From an uncultured Pseudomonadota bacterium (GTDB lineage Bacteria; Oederibacteriota; Muellerivitia; Muellerivitales; Muellerivitaceae), in contig CAWIIP010000002.1 of assembly GCA_963836235.1 (NCBI GenBank), positions 992,001-1,056,000 on the forward strand: a stretch of 64,000 nucleotides of DNA. The letters run 5' to 3'. This document shows positions 18,301 to 27,472 of the stretch, one piece after another; positions within the stretch are counted from its first letter, which is position 1, and every line of letters begins with the position of its first letter. The notes beneath the pieces are model-generated. The model did not search any database, was not told where the DNA came from, and saw nothing but the letters and a program-made list of their open reading frames with translations. A program made the translations under genes and the position numbers.

Positions 18301-19600
18301 CATAAACCAGGCGCTCGGGATGGAACGCCGTCACTCTGGCCAGCACTTCCGGCAAGACTCCCTTTCGGGGGGGGTCCAAGATGGCTGCGTCAATCTGCGT
18401 CAGCCCTTTTTCTTTCAATCCCAGCAGGATGGGAGCCACGTCCCCTTCCAGAAAATCAATGTTGGACCGGTGGTTGAGTTCCGCGTTGATCTTAGCGTCT
18501 TCTACTGCCGGTCCGATTTCCTCCACCCCCACCACATAGTCGGATTTTTCCGAAACCGCCATGGCCAAGGTGCCGATGCCACTATAGAGATCCAGAATCG
18601 TTCCCCATTTTTTCTTGTGGATCGGGTCACCGAGAGCTTCCCTGACAATTGTATGAAGCATATCGGCTTGAAGCGTATTGACTTGAAGGAAGGACTTCAG
18701 CGAAACCTTTAGTTTTAGGTCATCAATGATTTCAAAATAATGATCGCGCCCCGCCAGGGTTCGGGTAGCCTGCCCAAAAACAATATTCGTTCTGGAGGCA
18801 TTGATATTTTGCAAAACTCCCACCAAGCCGGGCGTTTCTTCCACCAACTCTCGAGCGATTCGGGGAAGGATCCCCTCCAGTTCCTCGGGCATCAACGAGG
18901 CCTTTTGAACCCTTTCCTCTGGGACTTCAGTCCGGGTGACAAAAGCCAAAAGAAGTTCCCCGGTTTTGACCCCCTGCCGAACAGCCAAATGTCGAAGAAA
19001 TCCTGCGTGTTTTTTTTCTTGGTAGGGTGTCAGCCCCGATCGGTCGATCTTTTTGAGGACTTTTTGGATGAAGTCATTGATGGCGTCCCCCTGGATGGGA
19101 CATGTGTGGTAGGGGACCAAATGATGGGAACGGGGTTCGTAAATCCCAGAAACAAAATGCCCCTCCCGCATGGAAAGAACCGGCATGGCCTTGTTGCGAT
19201 AGGCAAAAGGCGAAGGTGAGGGCAGGCAAGGCTGGACGGTAACATTCTCAAGGCGGCCGATGCGCTTGAGAGCGTCCACAACGAATTGCCGCTTGGTTTG
19301 AAGTTGTCGGGGATAATTAAAATGTTGCCACTGGCACCCGCCGCATTCCTCAAAAATATCGCAGGGCGGTTCCACCCGGTCCGGCGAACGCCTTAACACG
19401 GAAAGAATTTCCGCCGTGGCGTAATGGTCCTTGACTTGCGTAATACGGGCCTTCACCCTCTCGCCCGGTAAACCACCTGGAACAAAAATAGCGAAATCCT
19501 GATAACGCCCAACTGAATCGCCCCCAAAAGCAAGGGAGGAAATTTCAATCTCAATTTGATCCCCGTGCCGAACGGGTTTAACGACACCGGTATTGTTCAT
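15377..19600 (-). CDS. rlmD: 23S rRNA m5U1939 methyltransferase RlmD fused to membrane segments and a putative glycoside-hydrolase-like domain
   Basis: First ~480 aa: TRAM domain, PPCDIFEECGGCQWQH, SFLQVN, LDLYSGIGT, DPPRKG, YVSCDPSTLARD, DMFPQTYHVE. The ~925-aa extension has two hydrophobic stretches and a DMVGMDYVRTG motif. Confidence 0.85.
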   Translation of the reverse strand: MNNTGVVKPVRHGDQIEIEISSLAFGGDSVGRYQDFAIFVPGGLPGERVKARITQVKDHYATAEILSVLRRSPDRVEPPCDIFEECGGCQWQHFNYPRQLQTKRQFVVDALKRIGRLENVTVQPCLPSPSPFAYRNKAMPVLSMREGHFVSGIYEPRSHHLVPYHTCPIQGDAINDFIQKVLKKIDRSGLTPYQEKKHAGFLRHLAVRQGVKTGELLLAFVTRTEVPEERVQKASLMPEELEGILPRIARELVEETPGLVGVLQNINASRTNIVFGQATRTLAGRDHYFEIIDDLKLKVSLKSFLQVNTLQADMLHTIVREALGDPIHKKKWGTILDLYSGIGTLAMAVSEKSDYVVGVEEIGPAVEDAKINAELNHRSNIDFLEGDVAPILLGLKEKGLTQIDAAILDPPRKGVLPEVLARVTAFHPERLVYVSCDPSTLARDLALLVKHGYVVDWAQPLDMFPQTYHVEAVVRLTRENPLPQEVAAPVNQPELEPFRLSKPVEPVSLNISANFNAFKEKTSNLFHAVGQQLGAAFGLILSILAVLFVGVRILGRGTGSVFRSGGKVSAEAVEKITGSTQKTSKGPGPFTQKRTSIGDRTFLFVHEKFKIFTMKIRSAFQRKSPNPPPVQNRSIPAETFIARIETTVVERGEEVTSVQELSGVVEDAVSPSAPLSEGELIQSFLKPTFTESTPLTSTSPMPFVEVPNSQPQSEWRFPAPQIPIAEIPRWFRGRNSFRWALTAALFIGGGLFWAKATLLPQSKRMGLLVPMVSQMIPDVIAVMPTRNYLRFEMVPFEVRLNQDEISSFPEMQAVVEVFHNGIPVNMVDGQSKLNLKRDMDSKKFAGNWPIPYNPVPGTYIAEVTVTSPRWGSPKVFESAFTLSPLKPNGLYPGYAALTMEGGKQLIRGAVPALDGSDSLTASNAIEWAQFMGANAYCYLMGQTSIWDHLNAKDFPFSRGDMEVGRKYAKAAHVAGLKFGGYMTTFKVVGDAWNQAPYEFSLGYDPDTDSVVQNRFISLEDSKRHQDIVNFLKELDKDPDIDMVGMDYVRTGTAGYEMVDEFVKDLNVPEPDNFLSLSKQERIHWLAKTVEQKEDPQVVELFQWWRAHKVAMTLKSILDEAKMSKPVFTFTLGWQMGHQHGQDPAMFIDAGVNYNHIMLYEGDRGTMASMKKQWPGYLSRSNGMYAMGEMVDFNWVQKSIDPPGPEELYDREVDTFHNWFGVNSGLGMFWHDLYRIIYGVRGPYSSMEWAISGGKAFSTLQQVEGLSPIEVSLTAPKRIPAGVPVPISVEIRNNSPENLKGLVLHQIDTLKNYYVDLATVGPFDVPSGNRVLVKSLFVNIPKEDQPDRDNRYMAAVMVEKPGQSLRVFDFSYMKKISSSSSVKPTDRKLSNEDDGTAESKGILDDDHH

Positions 19601-20213
19601 TCAAGTCCCTATAACCTCGCAGTCATGGTCACAGGCTCAATAAGTGACTCATCACTACGGTTGAAAAAATGGAATTTCTTTGGACCGCTCGCGCAGCTAA
19701 GAAAAACATTCTCATAGGCGATTAAGAAAAAATTTGAGCTGGTCTCTAACAAAACGTCAAAAATTATTTTTAAACACCTTGTTCAATATTATTTTAGCCG
19801 TTTTTCAACCGGGGGCAACCCGCTTCCCTTATTTTACTTGCGCTCTGTTGATGACTTTCAATCCATCTCAATGGCTTATAAAGACTTTTATCCAAACCCT
19901 ATTGAATCTACTACTCTTGGTGGGTTTAGCATTTTCCCCTACCATCCGTCCAGTTTCCGGGAGCCGAATAGGCTTCACACAGGCTTTACCATTCTTACTC
20001 ATTGCCTTTACGGAGAAAAATGGTTTCACCTGAATTTCAGGATGAGATTGGACTAGTACCGAAAGAGGAACTTATGGAGAAATTTGATGGAATTTTCGGA
20101 CTGCGATTAAGACCAGCATGAGATCGAAACAGGCATTAGGCCTAATAGCAGCCCAAGTCGGAACAACATTACTGCTTTAAGTTATACCTTTAAAACACGC
20201 AGCAAAGAATTTT

Positions 20214-20906
20214 TTACTTTTTTGGCGTCGGCGTCGGATTGGGCTTAGGTAAAGAGGAATCTCCTTCCAACCGAATATAATCCAGATACACAACCACAGG
20301 TTGGGTGAATCCATGGGTGTCTACCCAAAAACGCAAGGACCGTATGTTCGTCAAGTCGAGCCTTGCCTGAATCAAGTTATCTAAAGAGATCGAAATAGGA
20401 CTCGCTTTTTTAGACAACAAAAGTCCCGATGTTTCATAGAGGTTGGCGTGTGAATCGGCAACTTGAATGTGGTAGGTCACCGGTTGATCCTGCGCGTCAA
20501 AGGCATCCATCTTTAAATCCGTGTATTCCTGCCATTCATAGACTTTTAACTGGGTAACTGAGGTGGTATCCAAAGCGATTTCAGGCTGCCAAGTAGCCGT
20601 CGGAGTTGGAGCTTGCGCAGGAGAAATCGGGGTTGGAATGGGGAAAAATTGATTTTCGAGGAGAAAAGTAAGTTTGGCGCTGTACTTCCCGTGGGTTTTG
20701 TTTTCGGTGGATGTCTCCATATTAACGTAACCGCCCGTGGTCCATTGAAGATCGTCATCGGGGTATTCAAAATCGGTGATGACTTGGGTTTTAACAGTAT
20801 TTTTGTGTTGCTTAAAACTACGGGTCAAACCGAAGCCCATGGCCAAAACATATAACAAAACGGCGGCCAACAAAACAAAGCCAAGGATGGTCATGGTTCG
20901 ACGCAT
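20214..20906 (-). CDS. Membrane-anchored galactose-binding-fold/CBM-like protein
   Basis: N-terminal TM; VITDFEY...THGKYSAKLTF...WQEYTDLKMD...LDLTNIRSLRFW...VYLDYIRLEG pattern; directly downstream of the LacI gene. Confidence 0.6.
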   Translation of the reverse strand: MRRTMTILGFVLLAAVLLYVLAMGFGLTRSFKQHKNTVKTQVITDFEYPDDDLQWTTGGYVNMETSTENKTHGKYSAKLTFLLENQFFPIPTPISPAQAPTPTATWQPEIALDTTSVTQLKVYEWQEYTDLKMDAFDAQDQPVTYHIQVADSHANLYETSGLLLSKKASPISISLDNLIQARLDLTNIRSLRFWVDTHGFTQPVVVYLDYIRLEGDSSLPKPNPTPTPKK

Positions 20907-21089
20907 ATTGATTCCCAGAACATGATTTTAGAAGCGAAGCGGAGGGCATTGTATCAGCCGGGGTTGAGCCCTGCAACTTAGAACCTCGGATAAAACGAGA
21001 GGAAGAGACTCAAAGAAAGGCAAAATCCATCGTTTATCATCAGACTTCCGTTTCCGGACTTATATCTTTAGAGTCGCCTGGTCTTTTCG

Positions 21090-22127
21090 TTAAAACCACT
21101 TCTTCTTCGCGCCGCAGGATTGGCGCACAATCAACTGGGTCGGAACTAAAACTTGGCGGGGTTTTTCGTGATCTGGTTTTCTTATTTTTTCGAGGAGCAT
21201 CCGGGTGGCTTCCACGCTGATGGCCCGATAATCCTGCCGAATGGTCGTCAAGGAATAAGGAGGAGTAAAGGCTTCGGTAATGTCGTCAAACCCCACAATG
21301 GCGATGTCGGCACCTACCGTCAGGCCAGCCTCTTCCGCCTCATCCCAGGCTCCCAAAGCCATCAGGTCATTGGAGGCGAAAACGGCGGTGGGACGTTGTG
21401 GCAAGGCGAGAAGTTTTTTCATCCCTTCCGCGCCCGACTCACGAAGAAAATTACCGTTCACAATATAACCTTCGGGAATAGCCAGCCGATTCTTCTCCAT
21501 GGCCTGTTGAAACCCTTTCAACCGGTCCAAGGCGTTACGCGAAGTGCTCGTCTGACCTGAAATGAAAGCGATTTTTTGATGCCCTAATTTCATCAAGTGC
21601 TCCACCACTTGATTGGCCGCTTCCACATTATCACTGTCCACGTATTCCATGCGCGGGTCATCGGTACGATACCCGATTAAGACCACGGGTATGCGCTGAT
21701 CCATCATTTCAAGAACATCTTTTTCTTCGAGATAAGGCGAAACCATTAAGACCCCATCCACGGCATTGTGATAAACCTTGCGATAAACTTCTTGGGGATC
21801 AAAAACTCCCGCGATCGTGTTGATCAAAAGTCCATATTGGTTCTCCTGAACAACTTCATTGATTCCGTTTAAGAGACCCACATACCAGGCGCTTTGAAGA
21901 TTGAATTGATAGCCGGACCAAGAAAAGAACACCTCAATGAGGTTGGTTTGTTTAACGACCAAACCACGAGCGATGGGATTGGGTTTGAATTTAAGTTCCG
22001 CGATGGACTTTAAGACTTTCTGGCGCGTGTCCTCTTGGACATTAGGATTGTTGTTTAAAACGCGTGAAACCGTTGAAATGGAAACTCCGGATTTTTCAGC
22101 AACATCATAAATGGTTATAGCCACCAT
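21090..22127 (-). CDS. LacI-family transcriptional regulator
   Basis: TIYDVAEKSGVSISTVSRVLN HTH, PNPIARGL hinge, PTAVFASNDLMALG, IVGFDD. Start moved to the ATG at 22127 (AGGAG RBS). Confidence 0.95.
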   Translation of the reverse strand: MVAITIYDVAEKSGVSISTVSRVLNNNPNVQEDTRQKVLKSIAELKFKPNPIARGLVVKQTNLIEVFFSWSGYQFNLQSAWYVGLLNGINEVVQENQYGLLINTIAGVFDPQEVYRKVYHNAVDGVLMVSPYLEEKDVLEMMDQRIPVVLIGYRTDDPRMEYVDSDNVEAANQVVEHLMKLGHQKIAFISGQTSTSRNALDRLKGFQQAMEKNRLAIPEGYIVNGNFLRESGAEGMKKLLALPQRPTAVFASNDLMALGAWDEAEEAGLTVGADIAIVGFDDITEAFTPPYSLTTIRQDYRAISVEATRMLLEKIRKPDHEKPRQVLVPTQLIVRQSCGAKKKWF

Positions 22128-22143
22128 GGCTCCTATCGATAAT

Positions 22144-22157
22144 TGCAAGCGCTTATC
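22144..22157. promoter_or_regulatory. Candidate autoregulatory LacI operator
   Basis: TGCAAGCGCTTATC with a perfect AAGCGCTT core ~20 nt upstream of the LacI start codon. Confidence 0.55.
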
Positions 22158-22504
22158 TTTTAGACTTTACGTTTTCAACCTGCTTTCATGACAACCCAAA
22201 GCTATACGAAAAAACAAAATCGAGATGAACTCTTCCTCGCTTCATCAAAAAAGGACTTTCAATGGGCGGCCCGGAATATCGGGCAAAAAGCGAAAAACAA
22301 TTATAAGAAAATTCGGTCTTCACATAAGGCGAAAAACTAAAAGCCTTAAGCAAATTCAACCTTTAAATTATACCGTCCCAGTAAGGAAAAACACATCTTC
22401 CCTAATAGGTAAGATTCTTATTTCACGCTTATGCCATCTATTTTTCATGCCTGCTCTTTCTTTTTGGCTGTAAAATCCCTTGATTCAATTCTTATTTAAG
22501 GAAA

Positions 22505-23329
22505 TTGATGCCTCCATTCCTAAAAATCGCCGTTCAAGCCGCCAAAACCGCCGGACAAATCCACCGAAAACATTATGGAAAAGTCCGATACATCCGATTC
22601 AAGTCCAAAAATAAACTTAATCTTGTCACGGAAGTCGACGACGCTTGCGAAAAGAAAGTCCTGGCCATCCTTAAAAAGAAATTCCCTTTCCACAATTATT
22701 GGGGTGAAGAAAGCGGCCAACAAAGGAACCATTCAGCCTTTACCTGGCTGGTGGATCCTTTGGACGGTACTACGAATTATGCCCATTCCTATCCTTTCTT
22801 TTGCTGTTCAATTGCCTTGGTGCAAAACGAACGGCCGGTTGCCGGGGTTATTTATGACGCGCTTCGTGACGAGTGTTTTACCGCTGAAAAAGGACTTGGA
22901 GCTTTTCTGAACGGCAACCGATTATCGGTTTCCAATATCCCAACCCTGGCTGAAAGTTTAGTAAGCACGGGTTTCGCCTATGCCGTTCGGGAAACTCATT
23001 ACAACCTGGATAATTTCAAGAAATTTGTTTTGACAACCCAAGGAGTCCGAAGGGATGGTTCGGCCGCCATGAACCTGGCCTACGTGGCCGCCGGTCGTTT
23101 TGATGGCTTCTGGGAAAGAGGTATCCAAGCATGGGACATGGCGGCGGGTGTCCTCATGGTGACGGAAGCGGGGGGCAAAGTAACCGATATTACCGGCAAG
23201 CCCTTTGACCTGATGGCCGAAAATGCCCTGGCTACCAATGGCAAAATTCACCGCCAGATATTTGACATTTTAAAAAATGGAAAAGACGAAAAAGTTTGGC
23301 AGGCTAAGTTAGCAAAAAAATCAAAGTAA
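22505..23329 (+). CDS. suhB: Inositol monophosphatase family protein (SuhB-like)
   Basis: LVTEVD, GEES, WLVDPLDGTTNYAH, RRDGSAA, WDMAAG. Confidence 0.9.
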   Translation: MMPPFLKIAVQAAKTAGQIHRKHYGKVRYIRFKSKNKLNLVTEVDDACEKKVLAILKKKFPFHNYWGEESGQQRNHSAFTWLVDPLDGTTNYAHSYPFFCCSIALVQNERPVAGVIYDALRDECFTAEKGLGAFLNGNRLSVSNIPTLAESLVSTGFAYAVRETHYNLDNFKKFVLTTQGVRRDGSAAMNLAYVAAGRFDGFWERGIQAWDMAAGVLMVTEAGGKVTDITGKPFDLMAENALATNGKIHRQIFDILKNGKDEKVWQAKLAKKSK

Positions 23330-23358
23330 CCAATTCTCGAAAATGGACATTCATCTTC

Positions 23359-24231
23359 TTAGTTTGTCCATCCCATCAAAAAATCCTCGATCAAATAGGG
23401 CAAGTCATCGTGATAACCACCTTCTAAAAGGGTGAAAGTCGGTACGTTAAAATCCTTGAGCCACTTCCCCATTTTCCGATAATCCTTTTGAACCAAGCCA
23501 AACTGAGTTAAGGGATCTTTCTCGTAAGTATCAAATCCCATTGAAACACCTAACAGATCCGGCTTGAATTGACGGATTTTTTTCATGGCGCTTTCCATGG
23601 CAGAAAAGTAATCTTCTTCACGAGTTCCAGGCGGTAAGGGATAATTTACGCAATTGGCCCGGGACTGTCGGCCGGTACCGGGATAGGCAGGAAATTGATG
23701 GAGAGAAACATACATGAATTCCTCCTTTCCCAGACAAAAATCTTCCGTTCCGTTTCCATGATGGCAATCCAAATCCAAAACCGCGGTCTTTCCAACCAGT
23801 TTACGTTGGTTTACATCCTGGATGGCGATCGCCATGGAATTAAAGTAGCAAAAACCCATAGCGCTATGCGGGGTAGCGTGATGGCCTGGCGGGCGCATGA
23901 GCGAAAAAACCTTTTCTCCTTTCAAGGCTTTCGAAGCGGATTGAAGAGCGGCGCCCACTGCCAATAAACTGCATTCCCAAATTCCGGGAGCCCCGGGGGT
24001 ATCCGGATCAAAGTAACCTTCTTTTTCAACTTGATGAACAATTTGTTCGTCGTGAACGGCTTTAATTTTTTCCAAAGCTGCCGCTTGCGGCTCTTCAAAA
24101 ATATTTACCGGTAATAAGGTTTTTAAATGTTCGAGGGAACGCAAAACTCTTGAGGAGTGTTCGGGATGTCCTGGAATGTCGTACATCCCAGCCTTGATGG
24201 TGGAAAGAATCTTCAGGTTACTTTGGGCCAT
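23359..24231 (-). CDS. Histone deacetylase family (AcuC-like) Zn-dependent deacetylase
   Basis: GHPEH, RPPGHHA, GFCYFN, DLDCHHGNGT, LEGGY. Likely start is the ATG at 24231, overlapping the end of the PilZ gene. Confidence 0.9.
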   Translation of the reverse strand: MAQSNLKILSTIKAGMYDIPGHPEHSSRVLRSLEHLKTLLPVNIFEEPQAAALEKIKAVHDEQIVHQVEKEGYFDPDTPGAPGIWECSLLAVGAALQSASKALKGEKVFSLMRPPGHHATPHSAMGFCYFNSMAIAIQDVNQRKLVGKTAVLDLDCHHGNGTEDFCLGKEEFMYVSLHQFPAYPGTGRQSRANCVNYPLPPGTREEDYFSAMESAMKKIRQFKPDLLGVSMGFDTYEKDPLTQFGLVQKDYRKMGKWLKDFNVPTFTLLEGGYHDDLPYLIEDFLMGWTN

Positions 24232-24676
24232 TACGTTGGCGAATCTTTTCAGCCAGAAGATACTTGTCCAGGCGCATGACATCTTGGCGGTTAATCGCCA
24301 AAATTTTGATCCCGGCCCGGAAAGTACTGCCGTTGCTGCCTGAACTCTCGGACAAAACCCTGACCACTTCAGCCATGAGGGTGATGGGGGTTGGATAACC
24401 CGGCAAATAGAGGTGTATTTCTAAAGCCGAGTCCGCGGGAAAAGCTTCCTGACCCACCAGCGACATGCCCCCCATCGAAAGATCCCGGGTGACGGCATGA
24501 AAAGTAACAGATTTTTTGGACAATTCCGGCAAGTGATCCACGGAAGATTCCCGGTAAGCCGGGTCGGATAATATTTTCACCAGTTCGGCCTTCGGAAGCA
24601 GGAAATAGGTCACTTTGATTGAGGCGTCAATGCGCTCAAATTGCCTTTTTTCCATCCAACCCGTGCGAATCTCCAT
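24218..24676 (-). CDS. PilZ-domain c-di-GMP-binding protein
   Basis: RQFER (RxxxR) and DLSMGG (DxSxxG); GAGG RBS before the ATG at 24676. Confidence 0.85.
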   Translation of the reverse strand: MEIRTGWMEKRQFERIDASIKVTYFLLPKAELVKILSDPAYRESSVDHLPELSKKSVTFHAVTRDLSMGGMSLVGQEAFPADSALEIHLYLPGYPTPITLMAEVVRVLSESSGSNGSTFRAGIKILAINRQDVMRLDKYLLAEKIRQRNGPK

Positions 24677-24777
24677 CTTCGACACCTCTAAAATTAGCTG
24701 ACAGTTCACGTTCAACAGTCGAAAAGGCAACGCTCAAGAAAATTTCTAGAAATTCAACCTACTGATCGTGAACTTTT

Positions 24778-24990
24778 TTACTTCTTCCAATGAATACAGG
24801 AAACCGGGCAACAATCCATGGCCGATTGGATTTTGACTTCCGTATCCCCCTGGGGATTATAAACTTCCGAAAGGCCATCAGAAGTCATGCGAAAAACCTT
24901 CGGTGTTTCCACGACGCAGGCTTCACAGCCCGTGCATTCATTTTGGTCCACATAAGAAATACGGTTTAATTTTTTGGTTTCGTTGGTCAC
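24778..24990 (-). CDS. Small monocluster ferredoxin
   Basis: VDQNECTGCEAC...DCCPVSCIHW. Confidence 0.88.
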   Translation of the reverse strand: MTNETKKLNRISYVDQNECTGCEACVVETPKVFRMTSDGLSEVYNPQGDTEVKIQSAMDCCPVSCIHWKK

Positions 24991-24998
24991 CGGACCAC

Positions 24999-25985
24999 CT
25001 AAAATTGGACTCGAAGGCTAGTACTGCCCGCGATATCGGTTCCATTGGATTCTCCCACGATTGCCCAGTGAAGTCCCGCCCCAAAGTCGAAACCCAAAAC
25101 AAACTTGGGTTCAAAAAAGATCGGCGGAGCGCTACTGGCAACGTTCAGATTTACCGGAGTAGGCGTATTTGTCCCTCCAGGCACATTGACATTGCCGCTG
25201 CCGGTCATGGTTGAGGAAATGTTACCCGAACTTCTTTGAAATCCAACCGCGGCGAAAGGATAAACAACGCCAAGGTCCTTCCCGACTTGTATTTGAGCGC
25301 CAAAGCTTTTGGTTTCCCAATTCAAGTTATAGTTGTTATTGCCTGTAAAAGAAGTATTGGGATATAAAGTTCCTCCATCATTGTACGTGCCGCTTTGGTT
25401 GATTGCGGTGGCCAAGCTAAGGCTTCCTTTCATCTGATCCCAACTTACCCCCACTGTCACGGTGGGCGCGTAAATACTGTCCACTATTTTGTACCGCAAG
25501 TCCAAACCCCAACCATAGTAATTCGCGGCGATCCCAACATCGGGCAAACTCACCATCGGAAGATAATTGAATTTCACACCCATGTCCAAACCGTTCATTA
25601 AACCAATCCTTCCCGTAATGACGGGAAAAGGTGCCGGTATGAAAGACGGAATACTCAGGTTTGAACCAAGATTAATCGCTTCCAAAGACAAACTGTCGAG
25701 ATTAGGAATGTGAATTAAATCCGCACCGACGCCGATTCCTAATTCGATTCGTGGGCCCGACAGTATATCGAACACGCTCGCCGGAGTATTCCATCCAAGA
25801 GTGGTGAAAAAACCCATGCTTTTAGCGAAAGTTCCGTTCACATAATCGCTTATATTTTGGTAATCCGTCGTGGCTTGGTTTTGAAAATCGTTTTCGGCGG
25901 TCGCAATGGCTTTCACGGGACAAATACTCATGATTCCCACGATCCCAGCCGCGAGAAATACTCGGGGAATCTTTCGAAAAAACAT
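24999..25985 (-). CDS. Putative outer-membrane beta-barrel protein (DUF6588-like)
   Basis: Signal peptide, alternating beta-strand pattern, ends SLRVQF. Confidence 0.55.
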   Translation of the reverse strand: MFFRKIPRVFLAAGIVGIMSICPVKAIATAENDFQNQATTDYQNISDYVNGTFAKSMGFFTTLGWNTPASVFDILSGPRIELGIGVGADLIHIPNLDSLSLEAINLGSNLSIPSFIPAPFPVITGRIGLMNGLDMGVKFNYLPMVSLPDVGIAANYYGWGLDLRYKIVDSIYAPTVTVGVSWDQMKGSLSLATAINQSGTYNDGGTLYPNTSFTGNNNYNLNWETKSFGAQIQVGKDLGVVYPFAAVGFQRSSGNISSTMTGSGNVNVPGGTNTPTPVNLNVASSAPPIFFEPKFVLGFDFGAGLHWAIVGESNGTDIAGSTSLRVQF

Positions 25986-26047
25986 TCCAGGCCTTCCAGT
26001 GTTGGCGTAATAAAAAGCTTCGTTACCTTAAACTAGGATACCTTAAA

Positions 26048-26815
26048 ATGCTTCTGGATTTAAGCGGGAGGTTGACTTTGTTTTGGCCTGATAGCCCTTT
26101 GGTTTTGGGTACCTTCATGGAACGGCTTCACCGTTTTGGCGCCATCGTTAAGGTTCACGGACGGAGGGAATACTGTCACGTAACTAATTCGGGCCGTCTG
26201 AGGGAATTACTTTATCCAGGGGCCAAAGTGGCTCTGGTTGACCATCTCTCCCAACTTACAACTAAGAATTCAAAACCTAAAACTATTCGTAAGACCCGCT
26301 ATGCCGTCCGTTTGGCCTATTACCAAAAGAGATGGGTTTGCATCGAAGCCAATATCGCCCCCCTATTGTTGAAAGAAGCCTGGCAAAAAGGGTTGGTGAA
26401 AGAGTTGAAACCTTACGATCATCTCCAATCCGAGGTTCCCTTAAACGCCCATACCCGTTTTGATTTTCAAGCCCGCAATTTAAAAACAGGTGAAAAGGCT
26501 TGGGTCGAAGTAAAGTGTGTCACCTTGGTGGATGAAAAAAAGGTGGCCCGTTTCCCCGATGCTCCTTCTGAGCGTGCCTCAAAACATTTGAGAGAGCTGA
26601 TGTTGCAGTCCCGCAAACCCAATACCAAATGTTTTGTTTTCTTCATCCTTCAAAACCCTTTTGGAATCGCTGTAGGGCCTAAGAATGACACGGACCCGGT
26701 GTTTGGAGAAACCTTGAGAAAAGCTTCCAAGTCCAAGGTGTTCCTTAAAGCTTATCGCGCGAGGGTGAGTTTAAGTAAAGCTTGCCTAACCCGTCAAATT
26801 CCAGTTTTAGTTTAA
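26048..26815 (+). CDS. sfsA: DNA/RNA nuclease SfsA
   Basis: HVTNSGRLRELL, RFDF, WVEVKCVTL, FPDAPSERASKHLREL, DPVFGETL. Confidence 0.92.
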   Translation: MLLDLSGRLTLFWPDSPLVLGTFMERLHRFGAIVKVHGRREYCHVTNSGRLRELLYPGAKVALVDHLSQLTTKNSKPKTIRKTRYAVRLAYYQKRWVCIEANIAPLLLKEAWQKGLVKELKPYDHLQSEVPLNAHTRFDFQARNLKTGEKAWVEVKCVTLVDEKKVARFPDAPSERASKHLRELMLQSRKPNTKCFVFFILQNPFGIAVGPKNDTDPVFGETLRKASKSKVFLKAYRARVSLSKACLTRQIPVLV

Positions 26816-26831
26816 GATGTTTTTGAGGTTT

Positions 26832-27293
26832 TTAATCCTGGGGAACAGTTGAAATAATAAAGGCCGTCTGGTCAGCCTTCACGCCTAATAGGTTAAAGAA
26901 TTCGTCCCGTTCCTCATTCTTCAAACTCTTCAAATAAGCGCCATCATTATTTCGGATCAAAAAATTGGAAGACTTCATCAAATAGAGTTGGAATAAAAGC
27001 TTGTCCGATTCATAAAAATTGGCGATGACAATCGCGGCCGGAGGGCTATAAAGGAGGGGTTCCCACCCTTTTTTTCGCTTGTCAATAAAATCGTAAATTT
27101 GGCGGATTCTCGGCGGTTCCTCAATATAGCTGATCTGCTGGGCACGCTGTTTGAAGTCATTCTGGCAAACTTCAATTTTCGTGATGTGATTCATTCCAGG
27201 GAGGAAAACATTCCGGTCAAAACCTAAATACCAGACTCCGCCCAAAACCAATAAAAACAAGAAAACAACGAGGAAAATTCGACCAAATTTCAT
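26832..27293 (-). CDS. Hypothetical membrane-anchored protein
   Basis: N-terminal hydrophobic segment; 153-aa ORF filling the gap after sfsA. Confidence 0.6.
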   Translation of the reverse strand: MKFGRIFLVVFLFLLVLGGVWYLGFDRNVFLPGMNHITKIEVCQNDFKQRAQQISYIEEPPRIRQIYDFIDKRKKGWEPLLYSPPAAIVIANFYESDKLLFQLYLMKSSNFLIRNNDGAYLKSLKNEERDEFFNLLGVKADQTAFIISTVPQD

Positions 27294-27472
27294 GGCGAGT
27301 CCAAAAGTTCTTTTTCAATTCACTGGCACTGAGCCGTGATCGTTCCATCGATGTTATTTTATATTGTTTTTGAAATCTACCCTAGAGCTTTTACAGAACG
27401 AAAAAGTTAGCGGTCAGAAAACGGCACCCCTCCCAGCAGCCCGAATGGTCGGCCGTGGGGAAAGCCTTAACT

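Noticed and set aside
22225-22473. 82-aa plus-strand ORF between lacI and suhB
   Set aside because: Lies in an AT-rich divergent promoter region, with no RBS or recognisable features.
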